A stretch of 64,000 nt of DNA, from contig CAWEJX010000020.1 in NCBI GenBank assembly GCA_963809485.1, positions 1,184,001 through 1,248,000 on the forward strand. Direction: 5' to 3'. Below the pieces are notes generated by a model. That model was not told the DNA's origin and searched no databases. It saw nothing but the letters and a program-made list of their open reading frames with translations. Position numbers and translations under genes: made by a program. Positions 1 to 9,527 of the stretch are shown in pieces. The DNA is from an uncultured Acidobacteriota bacterium (GTDB taxonomy: Bacteria > Acidobacteriota > UBA6911). Numbering within the stretch: position 1 is the first letter of the stretch; each line of letters opens with the position of its first letter.

Positions 1-1288
1 TAACGCTGGAGATGGTCACACAGCTGTCTTGCGCTTTGAATCCCTGACTCACGTGAAAGGGTTCCCAGGGGCTGAGATCGTGGTTTTCGGCGAAGACGTA
101 GAACTGCGAGGACGGGCGTCCCATCAGCGCCATGTCGGTTTCCGCGGGCCACACGCGTCCGGCGTTTATGGTGATCAGCCTCACGGCGCGCCCGATTGTG
201 AGGTTGGCCTGCCAGCCGTAGCCCAGCATGCCGATCCCTGAGTTGACGTTGATTTCTTTAGCAATCGGCCCGCTCACCATGATCGCCAGGTTGAAGGACC
301 CGCTCGAAGTCAGGATGTGCAGGTCGTCGTAAGCCGGGTCCGTGAAACCTTCCATGGCCGCGATAATCACCGGAAGGTACTCCGGCTTTGCCCCGGCCAT
401 CACCGCATTGACCGCGATTTGCCTCACGGTAACGATGCCGTTCTTGGGAGCGACGGTTCCGATCACCTCGTCCGGAGAGCGGCTGGTCCCTTTGAGCATC
501 TCCTCGACGGCTTCTTTCGTCGGCGGCAGGAGCGGCAATCCATCTCCCCAGTGATTCTGCAGAAACACCTCGTTGAATTTCTGCACCGCATGAGCATAGC
601 TGTCCGCGGTGACCGCAACGGGCTCGAGCGCTTCCCTCTTTGCCGTGATATCGGCCTCTTCCGGACTCAGGGGACGCCGAAGTCCGTCGATGAGCTTGTC
701 GACGGCGGCAACAGCCACGGGCCGGACTGCACTCTCGCTCCTCCTGAGACGGTAATAATCGGCAGCGGGCAGGGCCACCATGCGCGCCATCGGCATGCCA
801 AAATCTTCGGCCGCCGATTTGGCGTCGTGCGCAAAGTTGTCGGTGCAGACGAACACGCCGGGTTTGCCCAGCTTTTCGATCCTTGTGTAACCGGACACGC
901 CGGTATAGGTACAGGACCCTCAATCCCCCACGCCATATAGGAAGGCGTCCGACTCCGTCGCAATTCTGGCCGCCAGCGCATCCCCCAGGTCGTAGGCGCC
1001 CTCATAACGCAGGACAGCCGTATTGGGGAGCTTCTCTTTCAGGAGCTGCTCAATCACGTTCCAGAAATGATTTCCCCCCGCTTTGCCGTTCCAGTAAATC
1101 GCGAGCTTCTTCCCGGACAGGTCGGCGATGCGCGGTCGTGGCGCCAGCTGCGGCGGCGGCGCGATTTCTCCGCGGGGATTCATTATGGTCAGCGAGACTT
1201 CGGGCGCTGCGGTTGCGGTTTCAGCTGAGGAGCCGAACGATGCCAAGGCCGCGGCGATCATGGTTGCGATCCACATACGTTTTCTCAT
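1..1288 (-). CDS. UGSC-family selenoprotein (Sec at codon 123, UGA 922-920) with signal peptide, fused to the conserved UGSC-associated domain; runs off the window end
   Basis: ORF 920..1312 ends ...FLYGVGD at TGA. The same frame continues G-S-C-T-Y-T-G... stop-free to base 2 and contains WGDGLPLLPPT and IAVNAVMAGAKPEYLPV. RBS GGAGG precedes ATG 1288; N-terminus MRKRMWIATMIAAALASFG is signal-peptide-like. Confidence 0.85.
886..913 (-). promoter_or_regulatory. Candidate bacterial SECIS element of the UGSC gene
   Basis: mRNA after UGA: UGUA-CCUAU-ACCGG-CGUGU-CCGGU-UACA; 5-bp upper stem with a G-containing loop starting about 20 nt after the UGA. Confidence 0.65.
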
Positions 1289-1462
1289 CGATAAGCCCTC
1301 CCGGATCTGCACGAATTCTAGTCCAGAAATATGCGGATTTCGTGTAAATTTGTGGCTGCATTTTTTATAGCGAGGTCGGCATGAAGAAAAGCATTCGATT
1401 GCTGCGATAGCACCCGGGCTTTGAGGGTGGACCCACTGAGTCTGGCCTTTCCGGTATCAGAG

Positions 1463-1504
1463 AACGCCGACATACGCCGAAAAAAGCGCTGACCCACGCT
1501 GACC
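1463..1504. repeat. ACGCTGA/ACGCCGA short tandem intergenic repeat (REP-like family)
   Basis: aacgccgacatacgccgaaaaaagcgctgacccacgctgacc; the same unit recurs at 4771-4870, 33196-33233, 37633-37674 and 60604-60640. Confidence 0.6.
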
Positions 1505-1604
1505 TTGCTCGAAGATCCCAAATTTTTCTGTTAAATTCAGTGTCACAAAAGGGGGGACTGAAGTCATATCCCGTTGAGTGTCAAAAAACCCAAGGAGATC
1601 GGAT

Positions 1605-3944
1605 ATGACAACCGCAAAAGCTTTACCCCGGACCGGCACATACCGTAACGTCGGCCTCGTGTCCGTCGACGGGCGCACGTATCCTCTCAAATCCGCAATC
1701 ATAGGCGCCCGGGCCGAGGGCGGCATCGCCGCCACGACTCTGAGCCAGGCCTATGAAAACCCTTACGCCGAAGCTTTGGAGGTGCTCTACACCCTGCCCC
1801 TCCCGGCGGACGCGGCAGTCACCGGGTATACCGTGCGTCTTGGAAAACGTGTGATACGGGGTGAGGTGCGCACGCGCGACGAAGCGCGGGAAGAATACCG
1901 CAAAGCCCTTTTCGAAGGACGCACCGCCGCCCTGCTCGAGCAGGAGCGGGCCGATACTTTCTCTCAGCGGCTCGGCAGCCTTCCGCCCGGCGAAACGGCG
2001 ACGATTGAAATCGAGGTGCTGCAGCCGCTGACGTTTCTGCCGGGCACCCGGAGCGGACAGTCCGGCTGGGAGTACCGCTTCCCCACCGTGGTTGGCGTGC
2101 GCTACGAAGGCGGGGAAAACCGCGTCCCGGATGCCGAAAAGCTCGACGTCAGCCGGGCCTCGAACGGAACGCCGCTGAGCCTTACGGCGAGCCTGCGGAT
2201 TGCAGACGGTCCCGCCGAAGCGGTTCAGCCTCGTTCCCCGGAACAGCGCATTCGCGTCCAGGCAGACGGGCAGGGAACCCTCGTGATGCTCGAAGATGGA
2301 ATGCGTCTCGACCGCGATCTTGTAATACGCTGGCTAACCGGGAAACAGGAAACCGGCTTGCGCGTGGCCGAGGGAAAGGGGCTTCCGTGCGACGGCGGCC
2401 GCTATATCCTGATCACCCTGACTCCTCCGTCCACAACCGGCCAGGCGATTCCCCGCGATCTCACGCTGCTGATCGACGCCAGCGGATCGATGTCGGGCCA
2501 ACCGCTCGAACAGGCCAAAACGGTTGCCGTGGAGCTCCTGCGCAGCCTTGACCCGGGCGACCGCTTCGAAATCCTGGCGTTTGCAGACAAGGTCCGCCGG
2601 CTGGCTGCCGGCTCCGAGGACACTAAAAACATCGACCGCGCCTGCCGGGAACTGCGCAAGCTGAAGGCGTCGGGCGCGACTGAAATGACAAAAGCCCTGA
2701 TCGAAGCTCTGAAGCCGCTGCGCAAGGGCTCGCAAAGGCAGGTTATACTGCTGTCGGACGGCTATATCGGCTTTGAGCAGGAAGTCGTCGGCGAAATCGC
2801 GCGCAGGCTCGCCCCGGGCACGAGGGTCCACGCCGTGGGAGTGGGATCCTCGCCGAACCGTACGCTGACGCGGGGCGCCGCACGCGCCGGCCGCGGGACC
2901 GAAATCGTTATCGGCCTGGAAGACGACGCCCGGCAGGCAGCCGAGAGGCTCCTTCAGGCTACCGTTCGCCCCGTGTTGACGGACATACGGATTCAGGGCC
3001 CGGCTCTGATGAGCTGTGCACCGCAGAAACCGCGCGATGTGCTCGCGGGCCTGCCGGCGCTGATCTTCGCGGAGGTTAAGGACCAAGGGGGACGCCTGGA
3101 AATCAGCGGCAGGATGGCAGGCAATGCTCCGGGCTGGACTGAATTTGTGGAGATTCCGCCGGCGAAACGCTTCTCTCCGGAAGCGACGGCAATAGAATCA
3201 ACACCTATACCAATCGGGGCGCTGTTCGGCCGGGAAGCCATAGAGGATGCTGAAATCGATCTTGCTGCCGCAGGCAGCGGGCGACCGGGCGAGATCGACA
3301 AAATCATCGAGCGCCTCGGGCTGAGGCACGGCATATCGAGCCGCATGACGAGCCTGGTCGCCATTTCGGAAGACCCGACGGTCGATCCCAGAAATCCGCG
3401 CCGGCGCGAAAGGCTGCCGGTGGAAGTACCCTGGGGGATTTCGGCCGAAAACGCGGGACTAAGCCCCATCACGACTGCTTTGGAGGATATGGCCGCTCCC
3501 TTAATGCTATCGGAACCCCGGATCCGCCCGGCACGGGGCATGTTCAGAAAGGTAAGAGAATCCGCCATGCAATTCGACAGATCTCGGTTTTCACGCGCCA
3601 TAACCGTCGATAGGGCGCGCGTGTTGCACATTGACGGCCCGACCCTGGTCTTCGAATTTGAAGCGCCGGTGGACGGATTTATTCTGCCGGACGATTACAC
3701 AACGATTATGGTCACCTTTAACGACGGCGCGGAAACGTGCGTCGCCGAGGTGGTTGCGGCTGAAAGCAGCGGGCCGGGGCCGTATGCGGCCGGGCTGACT
3801 ATCCGCCTGGCCCTGCGGCTGGAAGGCCGCGCAAACTGGAACCACGAGGCTGCTTCAATTCACTGGCGCGTTCAGCCTTTGCCGGGAGTGCCAATGGCCG
3901 GCGTCGAAGTGAACGTGCATTTCCTGCTGGGGACCGATGTATGA
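1605..3944 (+). CDS. VIT (vault inter-alpha-trypsin) + vWA domain protein with C-terminal extension
   Basis: VIT signature (YENPYAEALEVLYTLPLP...GEVRTRDEAREEY...GRTAALLEQ); MIDAS DASGSM...GATEM...LSDG; RBS AAGGAG before ATG 1605. Confidence 0.9.
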   Translation: MTTAKALPRTGTYRNVGLVSVDGRTYPLKSAIIGARAEGGIAATTLSQAYENPYAEALEVLYTLPLPADAAVTGYTVRLGKRVIRGEVRTRDEAREEYRKALFEGRTAALLEQERADTFSQRLGSLPPGETATIEIEVLQPLTFLPGTRSGQSGWEYRFPTVVGVRYEGGENRVPDAEKLDVSRASNGTPLSLTASLRIADGPAEAVQPRSPEQRIRVQADGQGTLVMLEDGMRLDRDLVIRWLTGKQETGLRVAEGKGLPCDGGRYILITLTPPSTTGQAIPRDLTLLIDASGSMSGQPLEQAKTVAVELLRSLDPGDRFEILAFADKVRRLAAGSEDTKNIDRACRELRKLKASGATEMTKALIEALKPLRKGSQRQVILLSDGYIGFEQEVVGEIARRLAPGTRVHAVGVGSSPNRTLTRGAARAGRGTEIVIGLEDDARQAAERLLQATVRPVLTDIRIQGPALMSCAPQKPRDVLAGLPALIFAEVKDQGGRLEISGRMAGNAPGWTEFVEIPPAKRFSPEATAIESTPIPIGALFGREAIEDAEIDLAAAGSGRPGEIDKIIERLGLRHGISSRMTSLVAISEDPTVDPRNPRRRERLPVEVPWGISAENAGLSPITTALEDMAAPLMLSEPRIRPARGMFRKVRESAMQFDRSRFSRAITVDRARVLHIDGPTLVFEFEAPVDGFILPDDYTTIMVTFNDGAETCVAEVVAAESSGPGPYAAGLTIRLALRLEGRANWNHEAASIHWRVQPLPGVPMAGVEVNVHFLLGTDV

Positions 3945-4545
3945 AGGGCAGTTGCCTATGACCGGCGGCAATCCTTCAGAAAAGCTCGAGACGGCTTTCC
4001 GGCGCACCGGATACGGCGACGCGGATGCGTTTGCGGAGTGGATGGGGATGGTGGAGCATCCGCTCCGCCGCAGCCTGAGCCGTTTCGCGCGCGCCGTCGA
4101 CGTAGAGGCGGTCGTCCAGGAGACTTGCATGCGCATGTGGCTTTTCGCATCCGATCCGCAAAACAGCCTTCAGGGCCAGAACGCCTCCCTGCGCTTTGCG
4201 CTTGGCGTAGCCCGCAATGTCGCGCTCGAAGAGGTGCGGAATGCGCATCTCGAGCAGCTTGTCGGTCTCGAGAACCTTGAGCAGATGCCGGAAGGCAGCT
4301 TCACCCCGGCGATGCCGGACCCGGCTTTGGCCAAGGCAATTGCCGATTGTGTCGGCCGGCTGCCGAAACAGCCTCATGTGGTTTTGACCGCGCGCATCAA
4401 TGACGGCCACCTGCCGGACAGGGACCTGGCCCGGGGAGTCAGGATGAAGCTGAACACATTTTTGCAAAACATTGTCCGCGCGCGCCGTCTGGTTACGGAC
4501 TGTCTCGAAAAGCGGGGAGTCCGTCTCGGGGAGATGTTGCCATGA
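3937..4545 (+). CDS. ECF-type sigma-70 family RNA polymerase sigma factor (divergent)
   Basis: Region 2-like VDVEAVVQETCMRMW and region 4-like CVGRLP...DRDLARGVRMKLNTFLQNIVRARRLV; overlaps the VIT-vWA stop. Confidence 0.75.
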   Translation: MYEGQLPMTGGNPSEKLETAFRRTGYGDADAFAEWMGMVEHPLRRSLSRFARAVDVEAVVQETCMRMWLFASDPQNSLQGQNASLRFALGVARNVALEEVRNAHLEQLVGLENLEQMPEGSFTPAMPDPALAKAIADCVGRLPKQPHVVLTARINDGHLPDRDLARGVRMKLNTFLQNIVRARRLVTDCLEKRGVRLGEMLP

Positions 4546-4772
4546 GACATAATCCGGAAGAAATCCTGATGGAGGAAGCCGTCTCCGCTTACCGCGGCCG
4601 GACGGCCTCGGGGCGCATCCTACCCTCACCGGCCTGGCAGGACCTCACGCCGGAATCCAGGGAGCGGCTTTTCGAAAGGCAACTTCAGAGCCGCCTTATC
4701 GAGCGCGCTTTGTCTCCCGGCGGCATGAGCGCCACCGTCCGCGCCGTTCTCCACCGCCTGCAAACTTCTTAA
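4542..4772 (+). CDS. Small conserved-looking 76-aa protein coupled to the sigma factor (possible anti-sigma or partner)
   Basis: ATGA overlap with the sigma gene; GGGGAG RBS; motif SAYRGR...GRILPSPAWQDL. Confidence 0.6.
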   Translation: MRHNPEEILMEEAVSAYRGRTASGRILPSPAWQDLTPESRERLFERQLQSRLIERALSPGGMSATVRAVLHRLQTS

Positions 4773-4870
4773 CGCTGACAGACGCCGACAAAACAGGACA
4801 CACGCTGACCTCAAAATAATATATATTTGGTTCAGCGTTCGTCAGCGGGTGTCAGCGTGCGTCAGCGTTA
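4771..4870. repeat. Inverted pair of ACGCTGA tandem clusters (REP-like hairpin)
   Basis: aacgctgacagacgccgac...cacgctgacc faces tcagcgttcgtcagcgggtgtcagcgtgcgtcagcgtt across an AT-rich spacer. Confidence 0.65.
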
Positions 4871-4895
4871 AACCGATCCAATTTCGAAGGGACAC

Positions 4896-6749
4896 ATGGA
4901 TCAATATCGCAATGCTCTGAAGGTTTCCATCGAAGTGGCGCGTGAGGCTGGGGAAATACTGCGCGAGGAATTTCATCGGACCGGCGGCCCCATCGGCAGC
5001 GCGCATCACGCCGAAGCCGACGACAGGGCGGAGGCGCACATCCGCAAACGCCTGCTGGCCGCGGAACCCTGGAGCTACCTCGGCGAGGAAACCGGCGCGG
5101 AACTGCGGGACTCGGAGCATCTGTGGCTGGTGGATCCCAACGACGGGACGGCCGCATACATGAAAGGCCGCCGCGCCAGCGCCGTGTCGATTGCCGCCCT
5201 GCGCGACGGCATGCCGGTCCTGGGTGTGGTGTACGCCTTTGGTTACCCCGACGACGACGGCGACCTCATCGCCTGGGCCGAAGGCTGCGGGCCGGTAACC
5301 CGCAACGGTCTCCCCGTTGAACCTCTTCCGGGCGGTGCAAAGCTCGACAAAAACACTGTAGTGCTGGTATCCCAGGACGCCGCCCGCCATCCGCAGGCTA
5401 ACGCCGTGTGCGTCAAACCATCGCGGTTTTTCTCCATCCCGAGCATCGCTTACCGGCTGGCGCTGGTCGCGGTCGGCGAAGGGGTCGCCGCTGTTTCGCT
5501 GAACTCGCCGCAAAGCTGGGATTACGGCGCCGCGCACGCGTTGATACGGGGCGCTGGCGGAGTGTTTGTCGACGAGAAGGGCAGTCCCATCACCTACAGC
5601 CGTGACGGCCTGAGCCATGCAAGGGACTGCTTTGGAGGAGGGGCTGCCGCGGTAAAGGAATTGTTGAACCGGTCGTGGGGCAAGGTATCCGGCCGATCCC
5701 ATCCTGATGACGGATCGATTTTCGGCCTTATAAAGCCGTCACCCGGCCGTACGGTCCGGGACGCCCGGCTCCTGGCACGGGCGCAGGGCTGCCTTTTGGG
5801 TCAGTTGACCGGCGATGCGCTGGGCTCGCAGGTTGAATTTCAGAGTGCGGAGTGGATCCGGTCGCGCTACCCCGGCGGCGTGCGCGAACTCGAGGACGGC
5901 GGGTATTTCAACACGCTGGGCGGCCAGCCGACAGACGATTCGGAAATGGCGCTGATGCTTGCCCGCTGCCTCGCGCGCGACGGCCGATACCACGCCGGGG
6001 TGGTGCTCGAGGCTTACGTGCACTGGCTGGAGAGTTCCCCGTATGATTTTGGCAGCACCACGGTCAAAGCGCTGGGCGAGGCGCGAAGAGGCAGGAAGCG
6101 GGAAGAACGTCTGATTCTCGCGGAGCGCTCCGCGTCGCAGCAGAGCCAGGCCAACGGTTCCCTGATGCGCGTCAGTCCCCTGGCAATCTTCGGCTGGTCG
6201 AGGCCGGACGAAGCCGTGGAGTGGGCGCGCCTTGACAGCGGGCTGACGCACCCGAATCCTGTCTGCCGCGAATCCTGTGCGGCGTATGTTCGCGCGGTCA
6301 CCGCCGCATTGAATGGAGCGGACGCGCAATCTTGTTACGAGGCAGCGCTGGGAGAAATCCGGAAAGGCGGACCGGAAAGTGTGATCAAGGCTCTCGAGAG
6401 CGCCGCAATTCAGCCGCCGCGGCAGATGGGGGGTTCAGCGGCCGGCTGGGTATTGATCGCGTTGCAGAATGCATTTTATCGCCTGCTCCATGCTGAGTCT
6501 TTTGAGGAAGCGCTGGTGGAAACGGTAGGGCGCGGCGGCGATACGGACACGAATGCCGCGATTTGCGGCGCATTGCTCGGCGCGCTTCACGGCCGAAACT
6601 CAATCCCGTCCCGCTGGCGCCGGCGCGTCCTCACCTGCCGCCCGATGGCGGAGGCCGGCGCCCATCACCCCCGTCCGGTCGACTTCTGGCCCGTCGACGC
6701 ACTCGACCTCGCCGAATCTCTCCTGCTGGCTGCGGACTCATCCGCTTAG
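4896..6749 (+). CDS. Inositol monophosphatase/CysQ-family phosphatase fused to ADP-ribosylglycohydrolase (DraG/ARH family)
   Basis: N-half FIG motifs GEE, DPNDGT, WDYGA; C-half ARH motifs GDALG, TDDSE, ANGSLMR, TH, GGDTDTNAAICG. Confidence 0.92.
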   Translation: MDQYRNALKVSIEVAREAGEILREEFHRTGGPIGSAHHAEADDRAEAHIRKRLLAAEPWSYLGEETGAELRDSEHLWLVDPNDGTAAYMKGRRASAVSIAALRDGMPVLGVVYAFGYPDDDGDLIAWAEGCGPVTRNGLPVEPLPGGAKLDKNTVVLVSQDAARHPQANAVCVKPSRFFSIPSIAYRLALVAVGEGVAAVSLNSPQSWDYGAAHALIRGAGGVFVDEKGSPITYSRDGLSHARDCFGGGAAAVKELLNRSWGKVSGRSHPDDGSIFGLIKPSPGRTVRDARLLARAQGCLLGQLTGDALGSQVEFQSAEWIRSRYPGGVRELEDGGYFNTLGGQPTDDSEMALMLARCLARDGRYHAGVVLEAYVHWLESSPYDFGSTTVKALGEARRGRKREERLILAERSASQQSQANGSLMRVSPLAIFGWSRPDEAVEWARLDSGLTHPNPVCRESCAAYVRAVTAALNGADAQSCYEAALGEIRKGGPESVIKALESAAIQPPRQMGGSAAGWVLIALQNAFYRLLHAESFEEALVETVGRGGDTDTNAAICGALLGALHGRNSIPSRWRRRVLTCRPMAEAGAHHPRPVDFWPVDALDLAESLLLAADSSA

Positions 6750-6750
6750 G

Positions 6751-7146
6751 GTCAGGTACCTCCGGCAAAGCCGGAGGCAAGATTTGAACCGCTCAAAGCG
6801 GTTGGACTAGTTACGCCGGTCTTGAACGCTGACTTACGCGGGCAAAAGCCGATGAGGCGCTTCCCATCCCCGCAGGGGCCAGCGCTCCGCGCTGGACAGT
6901 TTTCTGCGGCGGCACTGTGGCAAGCGCCGTGCGGCAAATAGATGAAGGGTATGAGAAACCGGGCGTTTGCCACAGTGCCGCCGCAGAAAACTCCATCGGA
7001 AGCGCCTCATCGGCTTTTGCTCGCCGACCCTCGCCGAACAAATCGGCGTTTGTCAGCGCTTTAATCGGCGTTTCTCAGCGTTTCAAAATACGGAGCTGTC
7101 AAACTCTTTGAGTTCCCCGGCAGAGCCGGGGGTTTACCAATGTAAT
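6751..7146. mobile_element. Non-autonomous IS200/IS605-type palindromic element (MITE/PATE-like), full copy 1
   Basis: End hairpins CCTCCGGCAAAGCCGGAGG and CCCCGGCAGAGCCGGGG; nested internal inverted repeats; near-identical to 36140-36539; no transposase ORF. Confidence 0.8.
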
Positions 7147-7440
7147 TATGCTTGATTATGGCGGTCAGCCTGCCGACCCTCCCCAACCAGACTGCGCCAA
7201 ATCCCCGTTTCCGGTTTTATCGGGGCCGTCGTAAGGCCGCTTCGAAGGCCGCGCCTCATTAAATCTGACAAAATGCTTCCAAAACTGCGCGGTTGAGTCG
7301 ATGAGAGACATGAGGCAGCACAGGAGACAAAATGCGTTGTCATCCGTGTGGCGCGGAGGTGTTACATTACTTTACCGGGGAAAAGAGAAACTCAAAAGCC
7401 GTGGCAGTATGAGATCGCAAGGCTGTTTCGGATCAAAGAT

Positions 7441-9087
7441 ATGAAAAATAGCCAGGCGCCGAAACCCGGCCTATACCCGCCCAACAAGCCGCGCGTGACC
7501 CCTTCGCGTGCCGAGCATGCGGTCTATGAGGCGCTCTCGAGCCATATGCCGCAGGGCTGGTATGCCTGGCATTCCCTGCGCATACGCGTCCCCGGCCACC
7601 CCGATGCCGAAGCCGATTTCCTCATTGCCGACCCCAAACAGGGGATCCTTATCCTGGAGGTCAAGGGCGGCCGGATCGAGCAGCGCGACGGGATGTGGTT
7701 TTCCAACGGAGAATCCCTCAAGCATGCGCCGCGGGAACAGGCGAACCGGTTTCTTCGCGAGCTGGTGGAGCTGCTCAAATCCCAGAATATCAACCCTCCG
7801 CCCTGCGGGATCGCCACCTGCTTCCCCGACACCGAGTTCAGCGCAGGGCCCAGCGAGGGAGATTTAGCGGACTGTGTCCTCGGATCGCAGGACCTGCGCT
7901 GGGTGGAAGAGGCGCTCCCCACGATCATGGAATGCGCCCTCGCCGAGGGCTACAAGCCCAAAGGAAATTGGATTCAGGCGGTCCACCGGCTTTGGGGAGA
8001 AGTGTGGACACCCCGCCTGGATTTCGGTCTGCAGGCCCGTATCCAAAAGGACGAGAGGATTCGCCTGGACGGGGAGCAGTTCAAAGCCCTGCATGGGCTG
8101 ATCGATAACAAGTCGGTCCTGGTGCTTGGAGGAGCCGGCACCGGCAAGACCGCACTTGCGGCAGCCCTGGCTCAAAAACTGGCCGGAAGCGGGAAAAAAG
8201 TTCTGATGCTCTGCTTCACCGAAGCCCTGGCCCAATGGCTTGCGGGCCAGATGCGTAGCGAAAACCTGGAGGTGTGGGCGCTCAAGCGCTATGCCGTTGA
8301 GCTGCTCCGGCTGTCGGGCAAGGAAGTGATGGCCGAGGAATCGCAGGCGTTCTGGCGCGATGTATCCCTGGAGGCAGCCCTCGACGCTTTGCCCTCGCTG
8401 CCGCTATCCTGGGATGCGCTCATAGTCGACGAAAGCCAGGACCTGGAGGAAAACGACTGGGCCCTTGTCGCGGAGCTCTCCAAAAACAAAACGCTGTGGG
8501 CTTTCTGGGACCCGGAGCAGGCTTTCTGGCAGGACCGGAAGGTTCGCGAGGAGCTCTTCGGAACGCGGTTCAGGCTTCAGACTCGGTACCGCTGCCCCGA
8601 AGGGGTGATGCTCCTGGCGGGATGCTACATCGGGAAAGAGGCAGACGCGGGCGCTCTTCTCCGGACCATCGATCCGGATGTTCTTTCACTGCGGTCCTGT
8701 CCCGGCCCGGGAGCCGTGCTGGATCAGATTTCCTACGAAATCGACAGGCTGGAGGGTTCCGGGCTGGGGGCGTCCGACATCGCGGTTTTATCTTTGAGGG
8801 GCGCAGGGGAGCTCGGCTCGATCGTGCACCACAACCGCATAGGGACGCACAGGCTTGTGCGGGCCGACCATCCCGACGCATCTTCCAATGTGGTTGTGGA
8901 GACGTTCCTGCGCTTCAAGGGCCTCGAGCGGCCGGCCATCATTGTCACGGACGTCAGTCTTGCTCTCGACAAGCCCGACTATGCCCGGCGCATGTATATT
9001 GCCCTCACCCGTTCCCTCTCGACTGTCCGCATCATCGACGCCGCCGCCTATCTCTCGAGAGACCCAATCCTCAAACCGCTGCTGTAA
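7441..9087 (+). CDS. NERD nuclease + superfamily-1 helicase/ATPase
   Basis: NERD E-ADF...LILEVKGG; Walker A GGAGTGKT; Walker B IVDESQD; FKGLE; YIALTR. Confidence 0.9.
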   Translation: MKNSQAPKPGLYPPNKPRVTPSRAEHAVYEALSSHMPQGWYAWHSLRIRVPGHPDAEADFLIADPKQGILILEVKGGRIEQRDGMWFSNGESLKHAPREQANRFLRELVELLKSQNINPPPCGIATCFPDTEFSAGPSEGDLADCVLGSQDLRWVEEALPTIMECALAEGYKPKGNWIQAVHRLWGEVWTPRLDFGLQARIQKDERIRLDGEQFKALHGLIDNKSVLVLGGAGTGKTALAAALAQKLAGSGKKVLMLCFTEALAQWLAGQMRSENLEVWALKRYAVELLRLSGKEVMAEESQAFWRDVSLEAALDALPSLPLSWDALIVDESQDLEENDWALVAELSKNKTLWAFWDPEQAFWQDRKVREELFGTRFRLQTRYRCPEGVMLLAGCYIGKEADAGALLRTIDPDVLSLRSCPGPGAVLDQISYEIDRLEGSGLGASDIAVLSLRGAGELGSIVHHNRIGTHRLVRADHPDASSNVVVETFLRFKGLERPAIIVTDVSLALDKPDYARRMYIALTRSLSTVRIIDAAAYLSRDPILKPLL

Positions 9088-9527
9088 AAAAAACACTCTT
9101 CTCTTCGAAGCTAAGCAGACCCGCCGAATAGTCTGAAAATCCCGTGGCTACGCCACATATCGCTTTACCCTGATTTCCTTCTCCTTATCCCGCACTTCAG
9201 CTATTTCAAAAGCCGTCTGCATGCGCAGAAGGCACGTCTCATGCCAGCATGGGTCAACACCCAGGAATTCGTGGCGGCGAAAAGGAGCCAGGGTATATAG
9301 CTCCGCGAAATATTGTTTCCGCAGGTGTCGATTTATTTCACAAATCCTGGAGATTTTTCGGGCCTCCGCAGGTGGCGAAAATTCATTCCTGCCACTGTCA
9401 ATATCTTGTAAGCCCAGTTTTTTCTTTGGAGGATTCGCCGGATTATGGTGCAATAGGGCAAATCTGATTGAGGTCTCGCGCAAAAGGCATCTTCATATTC
9501 ACAGCAGGACCAAGGAGGCAGCAAACC

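Noticed and set aside
4771-4870. CRISPR array in the short tandem repeats (also 29757-29788 and 31454-31543)
   Set aside because: Units are 7-15 bp, degenerate and lack unique 25-45 bp spacers; no cas operon is present.
6752-7155. Small ORFs repeated in the element copies (MANARFLIP..., MPQCRRRK...)
   Set aside because: By-products of a palindromic non-coding repeat, with no transposase (HUH/Y) motif.
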